Source of the DNA: an uncultured Lentisphaerota bacterium | GTDB lineage: Bacteria > Verrucomicrobiota > Kiritimatiellia > RFP12 > UBA1067 | Reading direction: 5' to 3' | Length of the DNA: 64,000 bases | NCBI GenBank assembly: GCA_946413265.1 | Contig: CAMKJU010000003.1 | Location: forward strand, 9,087 to 73,086 | Shown: positions 8,082 to 16,556 of the stretch, one piece after another | Numbering within the stretch: position 1 is the stretch's first letter | Layout: each line of letters starts with the position of its first letter | Position numbers and translations under genes: made by a program | The notes under the pieces: generated by a model | What the model was told of the DNA's origin: nothing | The model's database searches: none | What the model saw: only the letters and a program-made list of their open reading frames with translations

Positions 8082-9665
8082 TCAATGCTTTTTATTGGTT
8101 GCCGATGGGCGGGCGGAGCGGGCGCCGGCCATGGAATAGACATAGAGCGCCTTTTCGATCACGTCGGCGGCGTTGGAGGGGTTGTGCTGGGATATCCATG
8201 CTTCGACGCGGCGGATACAATCCTCCGGCGAGGTGGACGCGGCGATGACGGACTGGAGCGGCGCAAGGTCGGCGGCGAAGGCCCGTGCAAGGTCGTCGGC
8301 GCGGGTGGCGGCCGGGCGGTCTTCAACGGAATCGGCTGCGGAGAGGGGGACGGGCTGGGTGACAGCAAGCGTACGACAGCAAGAGGGAACGGGCTCGGTG
8401 GCCCGTCCATCAGCTGCGGCCACGGAGGGCCGCCACCCCGATAAGGGAGCCGAAAAGGGAAGCATCGGGGATTGGGGGATGGCCGCGCGGCGGATGCCGA
8501 AGCCGATGCGCTCGGAAAGGGTATTGAGGGCGTCATCATCCGGCTCGAGGCCGGCTTCATGGAGCTTGCCGATCACGGTGAGGGTGGCGGTCTGCTCGCG
8601 GGCGGATTCTGAGCCGAAGAGTATCTTCGGCGCGCGGCCCGTGTGGCCGTTGATCGTCAGGAGCTGCTCGAAGAGCTGGCTGCGGAGCGTCGCGGCGAGG
8701 GACTTAGCATCGGCTTTTCTGATGTCATCCCGCACTTCTCCCTGGAGGTTCGCGGTGCCTCCGCCGAGCTCTCCCGTGGGTGAAGCGTTGGAGGACAGGG
8801 TTTGTCCGACAATGAGCTTCGATATCTCCTGGTTGCAGATGGTGATGAAGCGCTCGTGGCTGTTGGATGAGTCGCCGTTCGCGGCCTGGACGATCTCGAC
8901 CTCGGTGTTTTTCGCGACGACGATCGCGCCGAGGCGCACGGCAAGCCGGAACGCGCGCTCGAGCGTGGCCTTGCCCTTATCATCGGAGTACTTGCCCTTC
9001 AGGAACGGGACGCCGAAGCGCTCGAGGAGATCGGCCCACCACTGGCGCGACATCGTGCGCAGCAGCCACCAGAAAAGGATGGAGCGCATCGCGCCGCCCC
9101 AGTTGTCGGGTACGGGCATGAGGTCGCAGCGGTGGACGATGTAGCGTTCCGGCGTGACCTCGTGGGAGGTGTGGAGCGGCGTGCCGGTGTTGTCCACGTC
9201 GAAGATGTGCATCGCGCCCTGCGAGTAATCGAGGAGCTGGTAGTGGACCGGCACGAGCGCCTTGAGCGCGAAACCGCCGCCGGGAAGCGGCGCGAACACC
9301 TTCTCCACGACGGCGACGGGGAAGAGCGTGGCGTTCATCAGCCACGACTGCGCATCCGCGAAGGTGGCGTTGTCGATCACGTCGTCGCAGAGGTCGCTCG
9401 CGGCGACGTCGGCGGGGTCGTTTTTCTTGAACGGGATGACCGTGACCGGATCGCCGAGGACGGCGATCTTGCGCTTCATGAACTCGGAGCGCACCTGGTT
9501 GTCGTTGGAGATGACGTCGCGGTAGAGCGCGAAGAGCTCGCGGGTGTCGCCGTTCTGCGCCTGATCGACGATGCCCATGAGACGGTCTGCGGTGAGGTAG
9601 CGCACGAGGCTCGGCAGCTCGCGGCGGGGATCGAGGACGGTGATCTGGTCGGTGTATTCCTTCAT
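8082..9665 (-). CDS. Mu gp29-like portal protein (DUF935 family)
   Basis: The N-terminal LVRYLTADRLMGIVDQAQNGDTRELFALYRDVISNDNQVRSEFMKRK pattern is typical of DUF935 portals. Lies directly downstream of terminase. Confidence 0.85.
   Translation of the reverse strand: MKEYTDQITVLDPRRELPSLVRYLTADRLMGIVDQAQNGDTRELFALYRDVISNDNQVRSEFMKRKIAVLGDPVTVIPFKKNDPADVAASDLCDDVIDNATFADAQSWLMNATLFPVAVVEKVFAPLPGGGFALKALVPVHYQLLDYSQGAMHIFDVDNTGTPLHTSHEVTPERYIVHRCDLMPVPDNWGGAMRSILFWWLLRTMSRQWWADLLERFGVPFLKGKYSDDKGKATLERAFRLAVRLGAIVVAKNTEVEIVQAANGDSSNSHERFITICNQEISKLIVGQTLSSNASPTGELGGGTANLQGEVRDDIRKADAKSLAATLRSQLFEQLLTINGHTGRAPKILFGSESAREQTATLTVIGKLHEAGLEPDDDALNTLSERIGFGIRRAAIPQSPMLPFSAPLSGWRPSVAAADGRATEPVPSCCRTLAVTQPVPLSAADSVEDRPAATRADDLARAFAADLAPLQSVIAASTSPEDCIRRVEAWISQHNPSNAADVIEKALYVYSMAGARSARPSATNKKH
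8361..8383 (+). repeat. 24-nt motif copy (GACAGCAAGCGTACGACAGCAAG) inside the portal gene, antisense to it
   Basis: Read directly from the sequence. Translated on the minus strand as SCCRTLAVT. Flanked by a 14/16 direct duplication (8346..8361 vs 8385..8400). Confidence 0.95.
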
Positions 9666-9681
9666 GGGGGCCTTTCTTTCT

Positions 9682-9711
9682 GGCCGATCACAGATCGGCC
9701 ATCAAATCTAT
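9682..9711 (-). repeat. hairpin boundary element, copy A (GGCCGATCACAGATCGGCC + ATCAAATCTAT)
   Basis: 8-bp stem GGCCGATC/GATCGGCC with a 3-nt loop. Lies between the TerL stop (9708) and the portal start (9665). Confidence 0.85.
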
Positions 9712-11360
9712 GAGTTGAGGATTGGGGTGGTGGGGCCGTCGTCGGGGGGCGGGAGCATGGTGAGGCGGGAGGTGGCGGCTGAAGCCGCCCGCTCCGATAT
9801 TGACGCAACGCGGGCGCCGATCTGCACCGCGTCGGCCTTGGCCTCCTCGGTGCCTTCGATGATGGCGTGGAGGGAAAGCTTGGTGCCGTCGAAGAGGTCG
9901 CCGTGGCGGCCGGTGGCGGCGTCGAGCGAGTTGTCGAAGCCGCCTTTCATCTTCTTGACGAGCCGGAAGTCGTCTTTTACGTTGAAGTCGTTCGGGACGT
10001 CGATCTGGCTTTCGTCGATCGCGTTGACGAGCAGCTGGCCGAGGTAGGTCTTGTAGAGGACTCGCTCGCCCATGAAGTCGAGCTTTTCGGAGTTCTTGAC
10101 GAGGATGACGTCGCAGACGCCCTCGAGCTCCTCGCGCACCTCGGTGGCCCAGTACACCTCGCTCGTGGCGTCGATGGCGACGGCCTTTGCCTTGAGGCGC
10201 GTCGCCAGCTCGCGGAGGATGGCCTTCGGCTTCTTGGGGTCCTTTGACTTGAAGGAGAGTATCAACTTCGTCGCATAGCGCCCGTCGATGCGCTGGGTTA
10301 CGGCGATGCCAAAGGGGTTGGACTTCTCGCCCTCCGTTGTGGCGGGGTCCGCGCCGATGCCGACGGGGCCTTTCGAGAGGTCGAAGAGGTGCTCCCAGCC
10401 GGGCGGCAGATCATCCTCGGCATAGACGCACCCGGCGCGCTCGCCGCGCTCCATCGCCTCCATGAGCTTGATGAGGCCGACGGCAGCAGATCCGCCGGTG
10501 ATGAAGAGGCAGCCGTAGTTGCGGTCCCAGGCGTCCTTGTCGAACGCGCGGCGGCGCGACTCCTCGGGCGTGACCGGCTGGGCGGTCTTGGTGTCGTAGA
10601 GCGCGACGCCGTCGGCGTAGGCGTCCCAGGCATCGACGCGCAGACAGGTGACGCCCTTGACGGATTCATAGACGTTGCCGGACGGCGAGACGGGGAACTG
10701 CATTCCCGGCGGGGGCGCAAGCTGCTCGAAGGAGTAGTGGGCGTCGTCGGGCGGCGGCGTGGTGAGGAGTAGAATGCGGAACTGCGGGTTCGAGGCGACG
10801 ATCGGCTCGACCGCCTCCCAGACGTCCTTCCAGTTGCCGATGCGGCCCACCTCGTCGCACATGAGGTCGCCGGTCTCGCCGACGGTGTCCGGACGGAGCG
10901 CGACCACCTTGGTGCGGGAGTAGGAGGAACGTGTGTGGTAGTAGCGGAACTCCAGGCGCGAATGCTCGAAGAGGTCGGCGAAGTCGTCGTGCGTGAGGCC
11001 GCTCACGCTGCGGCCGGTCTTGTCGTCGGCGAGCTGCACCTTGCCTTCCTCGAGGCGCGCCATCGCCGCCGAGATCGCCTTCTCGAAGACGGCGGCCTCC
11101 TTGCGCACGATCTCGCGCGAGAGATTGAGCTTGGCGGAGCCGAAGATGACGGTGTGGTCGCGGAGCTTCATCATCTTCTTGAGCGCGACGTTCGCGCAGG
11201 TGGTGGTCTTGCCGTACTGGCGGCGCGCGATGAAGCCGAGGAGGCGGTACTGCTCGACGAGCTGGAACAGGCGGCGCTGGCCCGAGCGCATCTGGATGAC
11301 GGGGGACTGGCCGATCACAGATCGGCCATCAAATCTATTGGCGGTGGCTGGGGATGGCAT
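9708..11360 (-). CDS. terminase large subunit
   Basis: Walker A context FIARRQYGKTT. Positioned between the DUF3486 small subunit and the portal. Start chosen at MPSPATANRF (GAAAGG RBS), with an alternative start at 11291. The 165-aa upstream extension in the ORF track was rejected. Confidence 0.75.
   Translation of the reverse strand: MPSPATANRFDGRSVIGQSPVIQMRSGQRRLFQLVEQYRLLGFIARRQYGKTTTCANVALKKMMKLRDHTVIFGSAKLNLSREIVRKEAAVFEKAISAAMARLEEGKVQLADDKTGRSVSGLTHDDFADLFEHSRLEFRYYHTRSSYSRTKVVALRPDTVGETGDLMCDEVGRIGNWKDVWEAVEPIVASNPQFRILLLTTPPPDDAHYSFEQLAPPPGMQFPVSPSGNVYESVKGVTCLRVDAWDAYADGVALYDTKTAQPVTPEESRRRAFDKDAWDRNYGCLFITGGSAAVGLIKLMEAMERGERAGCVYAEDDLPPGWEHLFDLSKGPVGIGADPATTEGEKSNPFGIAVTQRIDGRYATKLILSFKSKDPKKPKAILRELATRLKAKAVAIDATSEVYWATEVREELEGVCDVILVKNSEKLDFMGERVLYKTYLGQLLVNAIDESQIDVPNDFNVKDDFRLVKKMKGGFDNSLDAATGRHGDLFDGTKLSLHAIIEGTEEAKADAVQIGARVASISERAASAATSRLTMLPPPDDGPTTPILNS
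11309..11338 (-). repeat. hairpin boundary element, copy B
   Basis: Identical 30-mer to copy A. Lies 17 nt upstream of the alternative TerL start (11291), which places it inside the first 17 codons of the longer TerL model. Confidence 0.85.
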
Positions 11361-11373
11361 GGCGGGCGGCCTT

Positions 11374-12015
11374 TCACTTGTCGCTTTCCCAGAGGTCGCC
11401 GAACATGAGACGCCCGAGGCGCTCGGTCTTCTCGTCGGAGCCGAGGCGCTTGTCGGTGGCGATGGAGAGCGCGTCGCGGTTCTGCGCCCACTTGACGAAG
11501 AGGCGCGCGGTGTCGCGCTCGAACTTCGCGCGGGAAAGCTCGAGCTGCTCCTTCTGGATGGCGTTCTTCTCCTCGGCGAGCGCGACCTTCTGCGCGGCGT
11601 TCTCGCCGGAGCGCAGGGCGGCGAGCGCCCGTGTGAGGTCGGCGATCTTGTCCTCGTCGGCGCCTTCGAGCGCGTCCATGATCTTGGCCGTGGCGATGTT
11701 GCAGGCGACGCCCGCCGCGCTGCCGCCGGCGGCGGAGGCGAGGGTGTGCGAGACTTCGGCGAGGCGGCGGAAGCGGTCGGCGTCCGCCTGGTCGTCGAGC
11801 CAGTCCTTGTAGCCGGTCGAGCGCCAGTCGGTGAGGTTCTGGGCGTTGACGGCATCAGATTCCATTTCGCGGAGGATCTTCTTTGTTTCCTTCAGGCCGT
11901 TGAGCCAGTCGAGCAGCTCCGCGCCCTGCGCGCCGTCGCGGATGCGCTCGTTGAGCTCGTTGCGGACCGCGAACGGGAGGCGGCCTATCTTCGAGCGGTA
12001 GCAGCGCGTGTTCAT
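11374..12015 (-). CDS. Mu gp27-like terminase small subunit (DUF3486-like)
   Basis: RSKIGRLPFAVRNELNERI N-terminus and coiled-coil remainder. Immediately upstream of TerL. Confidence 0.65.
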   Translation of the reverse strand: MNTRCYRSKIGRLPFAVRNELNERIRDGAQGAELLDWLNGLKETKKILREMESDAVNAQNLTDWRSTGYKDWLDDQADADRFRRLAEVSHTLASAAGGSAAGVACNIATAKIMDALEGADEDKIADLTRALAALRSGENAAQKVALAEEKNAIQKEQLELSRAKFERDTARLFVKWAQNRDALSIATDKRLGSDEKTERLGRLMFGDLWESDK

Positions 12016-12278
12016 ACGACCGTCACCCTTCCTTCAAGCACCCATTTCTTGATGCCCTCCTCCGTGGCCTGCCAGACGGCGGAGTTGTCCATGGGGTCGA
12101 TCTGGAGATCGACCATCTTCATCTTGTGGAGGGCGCGCAGGGCGTCGGAGACCTCGTCGACGGTGCAGCGCTTGTCGAGCATCTGCGAGGCGTTGAGGCG
12201 CTGCGCGATCGCCGCCTCGGTGTAGGCCGCGGGATAGCGCGGGGAGAGGAACGCGATTATCAGCTGCTTGAGGTTCAT
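12012..12278 (-). CDS. hypothetical phage protein (possible winged-helix)
   Basis: Has 4-nt overlaps with both neighbours, suggesting translational coupling. Confidence 0.5.
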   Translation of the reverse strand: MNLKQLIIAFLSPRYPAAYTEAAIAQRLNASQMLDKRCTVDEVSDALRALHKMKMVDLQIDPMDNSAVWQATEEGIKKWVLEGRVTVV

Positions 12279-12634
12279 TTCTTGTCTACCTTTCCTTCGA
12301 TTCTTCCGATCATGCGCTCGACGCCGCGCTGCCAGTCTCCGATGGAGGAGATGAGGGTGTTGAACCTTTCGGTGTTCTCCGCCGTGAGCGAGCGTATCAG
12401 GTCGAACTGCTTGGCTAGTATCTTGTCGATGCGTTCGCGCTCGGCCTTGACCTCGGCCTTCAGCTCGGAGATCTCGCGCTTCGTGGCGTAGTCCTTCGCC
12501 AGCTCCTCAGGGAGGGGAGGGTCGCGCCGGAGGCCGCGTACGATCGAGACGACGTTGTTGACGATCGCGGCGAGCGCCGCCAGCGCGACGACCGCCGCGC
12601 CGATTATCAGGAGGTATGTGGTGCTTTCGTGCAT
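12275..12634 (-). CDS. single-pass membrane protein with coiled-coil C-terminus
   Basis: N-terminal TM segment YLLIIGAAVVALAALAAIV followed by a charged heptad-like region. First gene of the minus-strand operon. Confidence 0.55.
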   Translation of the reverse strand: MHESTTYLLIIGAAVVALAALAAIVNNVVSIVRGLRRDPPLPEELAKDYATKREISELKAEVKAERERIDKILAKQFDLIRSLTAENTERFNTLISSIGDWQRGVERMIGRIEGKVDKK

Positions 12635-12722
12635 GAGGTAGGATCCTTTTCTGTCCTTGCGGGGGGAATGATACCACGGGAGGGGGCGGGAGCGCCCCGC
12701 GCCGTGCGGATGATGCGGTACT

Positions 12723-12750
12723 GGCCGAACGCAGTTCGGCCATCAAATCT
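12723..12750 (-). repeat. hairpin boundary element, copy C (GGCCGAACGCAGTTCGGCC + ATCAAATCT)
   Basis: Same element as copies A and B, with a compensatory stem change (T:A to A:T). Lies in the divergent intergenic region 12635..12820. Confidence 0.8.
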
Positions 12751-12801
12751 GGCGGACAGGCCGCACAATCCGCACGGCGCGGGGCAGAACGGGCGCGGAT
12801 G

Positions 12802-12810
12802 TGGGATAAT
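12802..12810 (+). promoter_or_regulatory. extended -10-like element TGGGATAAT, 10 nt before the ATG at 12821
   Basis: Read directly from the sequence. There is no room for an SD between the predicted TSS and the ATG. Confidence 0.45.
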
Positions 12811-12820
12811 CCCGCCCGCA

Positions 12821-13306
12821 ATGAGCAAGGCAGTTTTTCCAGAGAAGCCGATCGTGAGGCCGCTTGCGGGCACGGACTACGTGCTCGCGGAGGATTTCTA
12901 CTTTCCGGCCACGGTGGGCGGGTGGGACGTGGTCGTGCACGTGGCGCCCGGCTTCAGGACGGACGGCGCGTCGATACCGCGCCTCCTGTGGCGCGTGCTG
13001 GGCTCGCCGTACGACCCGGACGTGATCGCAGCCGCCATCGCTCACGACGCGCTGTACCGCGGCGAGATCGTGCCGCGCAAGGACGCCGACGCCGCCTTCC
13101 TCGCGCTGATGGAGGCGTGCGGCGTCGCGGAGCGCAAGCGCCGGTGGCTGCTGCGCGGCGTAAGGTGGTTCGGATGGATCACGTGGGCACGGCACACGCC
13201 GGAATCGGTGGCCGAGGCCAGAAGGCACATTTCCCTCGCTTTCGCGGGGGGAGGAAAGACAACGAAACGGGGCTTCGCCCCGAACCCCAAAAGGAAACAT
13301 CAATGA
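12821..13306 (+). CDS. DUF1353-like phage protein
   Basis: The FRTDGASIPRLLWRVLG...AAIAHDALY pattern is typical of DUF1353. Confidence 0.65.
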   Translation: MSKAVFPEKPIVRPLAGTDYVLAEDFYFPATVGGWDVVVHVAPGFRTDGASIPRLLWRVLGSPYDPDVIAAAIAHDALYRGEIVPRKDADAAFLALMEACGVAERKRRWLLRGVRWFGWITWARHTPESVAEARRHISLAFAGGGKTTKRGFAPNPKRKHQ

Positions 13307-13839
13307 AAACACAGACGCTGAAAATCAGCCCGCCGTGGATCGTGTGGCAGAAGCAGGCGAAAGCCCTCTTCGAGAACGACCCGGACATCAGGATCGACGC
13401 CGCGACGGCCGCGGCGGACCCGGAAATCACGCTCTACGTGGCGAAGCCCGCCAAGGCCGCCGCGCTCGCGCGGATGCTGCCTGAGTGCAAGGAGTTCGGC
13501 AACGTGAAGTGCCGCATCAACATCGTGCCGCCGAACGGCGCCCTCGCCATGCCCAAGGCGCCGGAGGGCGGGGCGGAGCTGGCCATGGCCGCGTTCGGCG
13601 AGAACGGGGCCGTCGCCTGCATCCGCCCGGTGTCGAAGGGCCTCTTCCGGGACCTCGCCTACGTGGCCTTCGACCGCGAGGTGGTGCAGTTCCCGGCGGA
13701 CAACATCGCCGACATCAACGGCAACTGGAGCGGCCTCATGGAGGACATCGCCCGCGAGGTGTGCGAGAGGGCCGAGGGGATCTTCTTCTGCACGGCGGGC
13801 GCGGGCGAGCTCACAGCCGGGCTCGGCGTGTGGCCGTGA
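13303..13839 (+). CDS. hypothetical phage protein
   Basis: ATGA overlap with the upstream gene and an AAAGGAAA RBS. Confidence 0.55.
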   Translation: MKTQTLKISPPWIVWQKQAKALFENDPDIRIDAATAAADPEITLYVAKPAKAAALARMLPECKEFGNVKCRINIVPPNGALAMPKAPEGGAELAMAAFGENGAVACIRPVSKGLFRDLAYVAFDREVVQFPADNIADINGNWSGLMEDIAREVCERAEGIFFCTAGAGELTAGLGVWP

Positions 13840-13871
13840 AAGGTTGAAAGGTTGAAAAGTTGAAAGGAAAG
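13836..13871 (+). repeat. tandem octamer array (GTTGAAAG)n in the intergenic gap
   Basis: gtgaaaggttgaaaggttgaaaagttgaaaggaaag spans the stop of 13303..13839 and runs up to the RBS of 13877. Confidence 0.9.
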
Positions 13872-13876
13872 AAAAC

Positions 13877-14404
13877 ATGAAAAAACTGATGATGACTGCG
13901 CTCGCCGCGATCGCGGCGGCGATGACGGGATGCACCTCCACCTCCGCTGAATGGGGCGGGGAGCGCGTGATCACGGGCGCGGACGGGAAGCCGCTCGTCG
14001 CCAATGACGGGACCGTGCAGAAGGCGAAGGAGCCGGTCAGGCTCTCCAGCTGGCGGCACTGGATCGACACCCACGTCGACACGGCGAAGCTGGACGTGGA
14101 GAAGGACAGGATCGAGTTCACGATGAACGGCTACAAGGCGGAGCCGAGCGAGGAGCTGAACAAGCTGGTCGAAACCTCGCTCAAGGGCGCCGCCGAACTC
14201 GCCGCCAAGGTGGGCGCGGCCATCGCGACGAGCGGCGGCAGCGTGGCGGGGGACGCCGCCTACACGGCGCTCCGCAACGCGATCTCGAAGTACATCTCCA
14301 AGGGCGGCGACGCCTCGAAGGCGAAGATCACCTGCGAGAACGGCAACTGCACCATCTCCGACGGCACCGTGACGGAAACGTGCACGGACTGCATCGCAAA
14401 ATGA
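13877..14404 (+). CDS. lipoprotein
   Basis: Signal peptide with lipobox AAMTGC. Confidence 0.65.
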   Translation: MKKLMMTALAAIAAAMTGCTSTSAEWGGERVITGADGKPLVANDGTVQKAKEPVRLSSWRHWIDTHVDTAKLDVEKDRIEFTMNGYKAEPSEELNKLVETSLKGAAELAAKVGAAIATSGGSVAGDAAYTALRNAISKYISKGGDASKAKITCENGNCTISDGTVTETCTDCIAK

Positions 14405-14414
14405 GGAGGCGACC

Positions 14415-14546
14415 ATGCCCCAAGAAGAATACGACAAGCGCCTCGCAGAACTCGAGGCCGAGGCCGACCGGCTCGGATGCTGCGTGATTCCGGCGCATCC
14501 GATCCCGCCTCCGGACGAACCCCGCAAAACAGACGCGGGCAACTGA
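14415..14546 (+). CDS. small hypothetical protein (43 aa)
   Basis: AGGAGG lies 5 nt upstream of the ATG. Not in the ORF track because it is under 60 aa. Confidence 0.4.
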   Translation: MPQEEYDKRLAELEAEADRLGCCVIPAHPIPPPDEPRKTDAGN

Positions 14547-14712
14547 CCTTGGCGCGGCACGGGATCATGCATACGGCGGGCGAACCATCATCCGGCATGT
14601 GGCCGCCTCGCCGGTGCCCGGCGGGCGTGCCGCGGTTCTAACTACACCGCCGGGCTAGACTCCTCGGCTCGCCCGCCGCCCCGGGCCCAATGTCGGACGG
14701 GCGGCAGTTCTA

Positions 14713-14748
14713 GTGAATAGCGAAGAGTGAATAGTGAATAGGTGAAAG
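14713..14748 (+). repeat. tandem heptamer array (GTGAATA/GTGAAAG)
   Basis: gtgaatagcgaagagtgaatagtgaataggtgaaag lies immediately upstream of the ATG at 14750. Confidence 0.85.
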
Positions 14749-14749
14749 A

Positions 14750-14899
14750 ATGAGATCAAATCACTGCTGCTACACGCCGATCACGGTGTCGATGTCCACA
14801 TTCAGCATCCAACTACCGCCATATCCGCGCAGGGTCTCGCAGAAGGAACGCCGCAAGAAGGCACGCTACAGGCGGAGCCAGGGAATCAGGGTGAGGTAG
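14750..14899 (+). CDS. small basic hypothetical protein (49 aa)
   Basis: GGTGAAAG RBS-like sequence upstream. Arg/Lys-rich C-terminus. Confidence 0.3.
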   Translation: MRSNHCCYTPITVSMSTFSIQLPPYPRRVSQKERRKKARYRRSQGIRVR

Positions 14900-14917
14900 G
14901 GAGCAGTTACAACCAGC

Positions 14918-15559
14918 TCACACGTCGAGCTTCTTTTTCAAATCGCACATTGACGGCGGATCGTCGGGCTTCTTACACCGTTTCTTGATTCTGTTCAATT
15001 CTTTTTCTACACTCTTCCGCATCTGCCAGACGCGAAATCTGGCCCACCGTCCACGTATGATTTGCCAGAGGCAAAACAGCGGATAAGGCAGCAACACTGC
15101 CAGCGTGACGTTGTAGTACCACTGAAAAACAATTATCAAGACGCTCGCCAGCGCTGCGCACATCATGACGCGCTTCATGAACATGCCGGAATCCTTGGTG
15201 TCGCCCAGAAACTCGGCGTCCTTATTTTCTATGTATTTCTGGAGCTCGTGAAGCCGCGATCTGAATTCCTTATGTCCTTCTTTGTCCGTCAGACTTTCAG
15301 CATCCTCTATCCACTGAGCGTCCTTGATGCCCTTTTTACAAGCGACAAAGATTGCATGTACGCCTTCGTATACTGACACGCGTGCCTTTTGAATCGTTGC
15401 CGCCCAGGTGTTGATCGTGAATGCGATTGCCCACGCCGCCGAATCGTCTCGGCTCGTCATCAGCCAGGCCCAGAAAGCTTGCAGACAGGAAACGACACAT
15501 CCACATATAGAAATGGCGTCGGGATCCGCTCCCGACGCCACCGCATCCGCCAGAATCAT
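14918..15559 (-). CDS. multi-pass membrane protein (moron gene 2)
   Basis: Hydrophobic segments ISICGCVVSCLQAFWAWLM, AAWAIAFTINTWAATI and VMMCAALASVLIIVFQWYYNVTLAVLLPYPLFCLWQII. AT-richer than its neighbours by eye. 4-nt overlap with the upstream gene. Confidence 0.6.
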   Translation of the reverse strand: MILADAVASGADPDAISICGCVVSCLQAFWAWLMTSRDDSAAWAIAFTINTWAATIQKARVSVYEGVHAIFVACKKGIKDAQWIEDAESLTDKEGHKEFRSRLHELQKYIENKDAEFLGDTKDSGMFMKRVMMCAALASVLIIVFQWYYNVTLAVLLPYPLFCLWQIIRGRWARFRVWQMRKSVEKELNRIKKRCKKPDDPPSMCDLKKKLDV

Positions 15560-16065
15560 ATCGCCGTTCCTGCCTTGTAAAGTGCGTCAAACTTGGCCTG
15601 GGCGAGGCTCGCGAGTTCCGCCTCGTTGACGCAGAACGTGGCTCTGTCGTTTGCCACGTCATACTCAAGACGCACAGCCTTGTCGTCCATGACCGCGAGG
15701 TTGATGCCGATGTTTTCCGGATGCGCCGCCCTGCGGATGTGGCTTCTCAGTTCAGGGTCAATGCCCTCAAGATGGGTAAGCGCTTCGGGGGTGACGACGA
15801 GCAAGGAGACCGCAACGCTCCCTCCCTTAACAGCTTTTGTGAGGGCATCTATGACACACGGACTCCACACCTCCGGATTCATGCGCTGCGCGACAGCGCA
15901 GAACGAATGTTTTGCGTGACCAATCATCTCTTCGATGATGATCGCGGCATGCTTCGGACTCGAGTTCTCGATTCGTCTGAACCCATCGGCTTCAAGCATG
16001 GCACACACTGCCTGACGGTAATCGTCAAGCAAGCGTTCATTTCGTACCCTGTCCTGCTCGTTCAT
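15556..16065 (-). CDS. cytoplasmic protein with degenerate PLD-like fold pattern (moron gene 1)
   Basis: The pattern IIEEMIGHAKHSFCAV...VIDALTKAVKGGSVAVSLLVV...INLAVMDDKAVRL resembles a PLD/Nuc-like domain, but INL replaces the HxK catalytic motif. This is a weak by-eye call. Confidence 0.35.
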   Translation of the reverse strand: MNEQDRVRNERLLDDYRQAVCAMLEADGFRRIENSSPKHAAIIIEEMIGHAKHSFCAVAQRMNPEVWSPCVIDALTKAVKGGSVAVSLLVVTPEALTHLEGIDPELRSHIRRAAHPENIGINLAVMDDKAVRLEYDVANDRATFCVNEAELASLAQAKFDALYKAGTAI

Positions 16066-16172
16066 CTCTGCGTTCTCCTGTTATCCCAAAAAGGGACGCG
16101 GACATTTTACCACAGCGCGGGTGGATTGCAAGCCGGAAATGTTGCGTTTGTTGCGCGCAACTTTCCGCCCCC

Positions 16173-16556
16173 TCACCCCTCACCAATCATCTTGCGCATC
16201 TTGTCCGCGAGCTTGCGGTGCGGGCAGCGGGCGCACTGCGGCAGCTCGCCGGGCACCTGCGGGGATCGGCTCTGACGTGAATCCCTGCAACCGGACGCCG
16301 GCATGACCGCCCCAGATCCCCGCGACTCAGCCCCCACCCTCTCCCTCTCATCAACCGACGACGACGAAACGCCGAGCAGATCGTTGGGGGTGGTGCCAAG
16401 AACTTGTGCGATATGTACAAGTTGGTCTAATGATGGCTCTCGCCGCCCTTTTTCATAATGACAATACACGGCTTGCTTGAGACCCAGACGGGCCGCAAAC
16501 ACACCTTGCGCTTCATTTCCTCGAAGCGCGACCAGTCGCTCAGAAAGGCAGCTCAT
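16173..16556 (-). CDS. XRE-family HTH repressor (Mu c / CI analogue)
   Basis: HTH QGVFAARLGLKQAVYCHYEKGRREPSLDQLVHIAQVLGTTPNDLL. Divergent from the early operon. Confidence 0.8.
   Translation of the reverse strand: MSCLSERLVALRGNEAQGVFAARLGLKQAVYCHYEKGRREPSLDQLVHIAQVLGTTPNDLLGVSSSSVDERERVGAESRGSGAVMPASGCRDSRQSRSPQVPGELPQCARCPHRKLADKMRKMIGEG

Noticed and set aside
11361-11855. The 165-aa N-terminal extension of the terminase ORF (track 9708..11855)
   Set aside because: The extension is Pro/Ser/Thr/Arg low-complexity sequence and fully overlaps the well-formed DUF3486-like gene in another frame. An internal ATG at 11360 has a GAAAGG RBS.
14560-14712. GC-rich non-coding stretch inspected for a tRNA or small RNA (possible att-type site)
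   Set aside because: Only short imperfect hairpins are present (for example CGCCGG-TGC-CCGGCG). No cloverleaf, T-loop (GTTCRA) or anticodon-arm geometry could be built by eye. A tRNAscan or Infernal run is needed to be sure.
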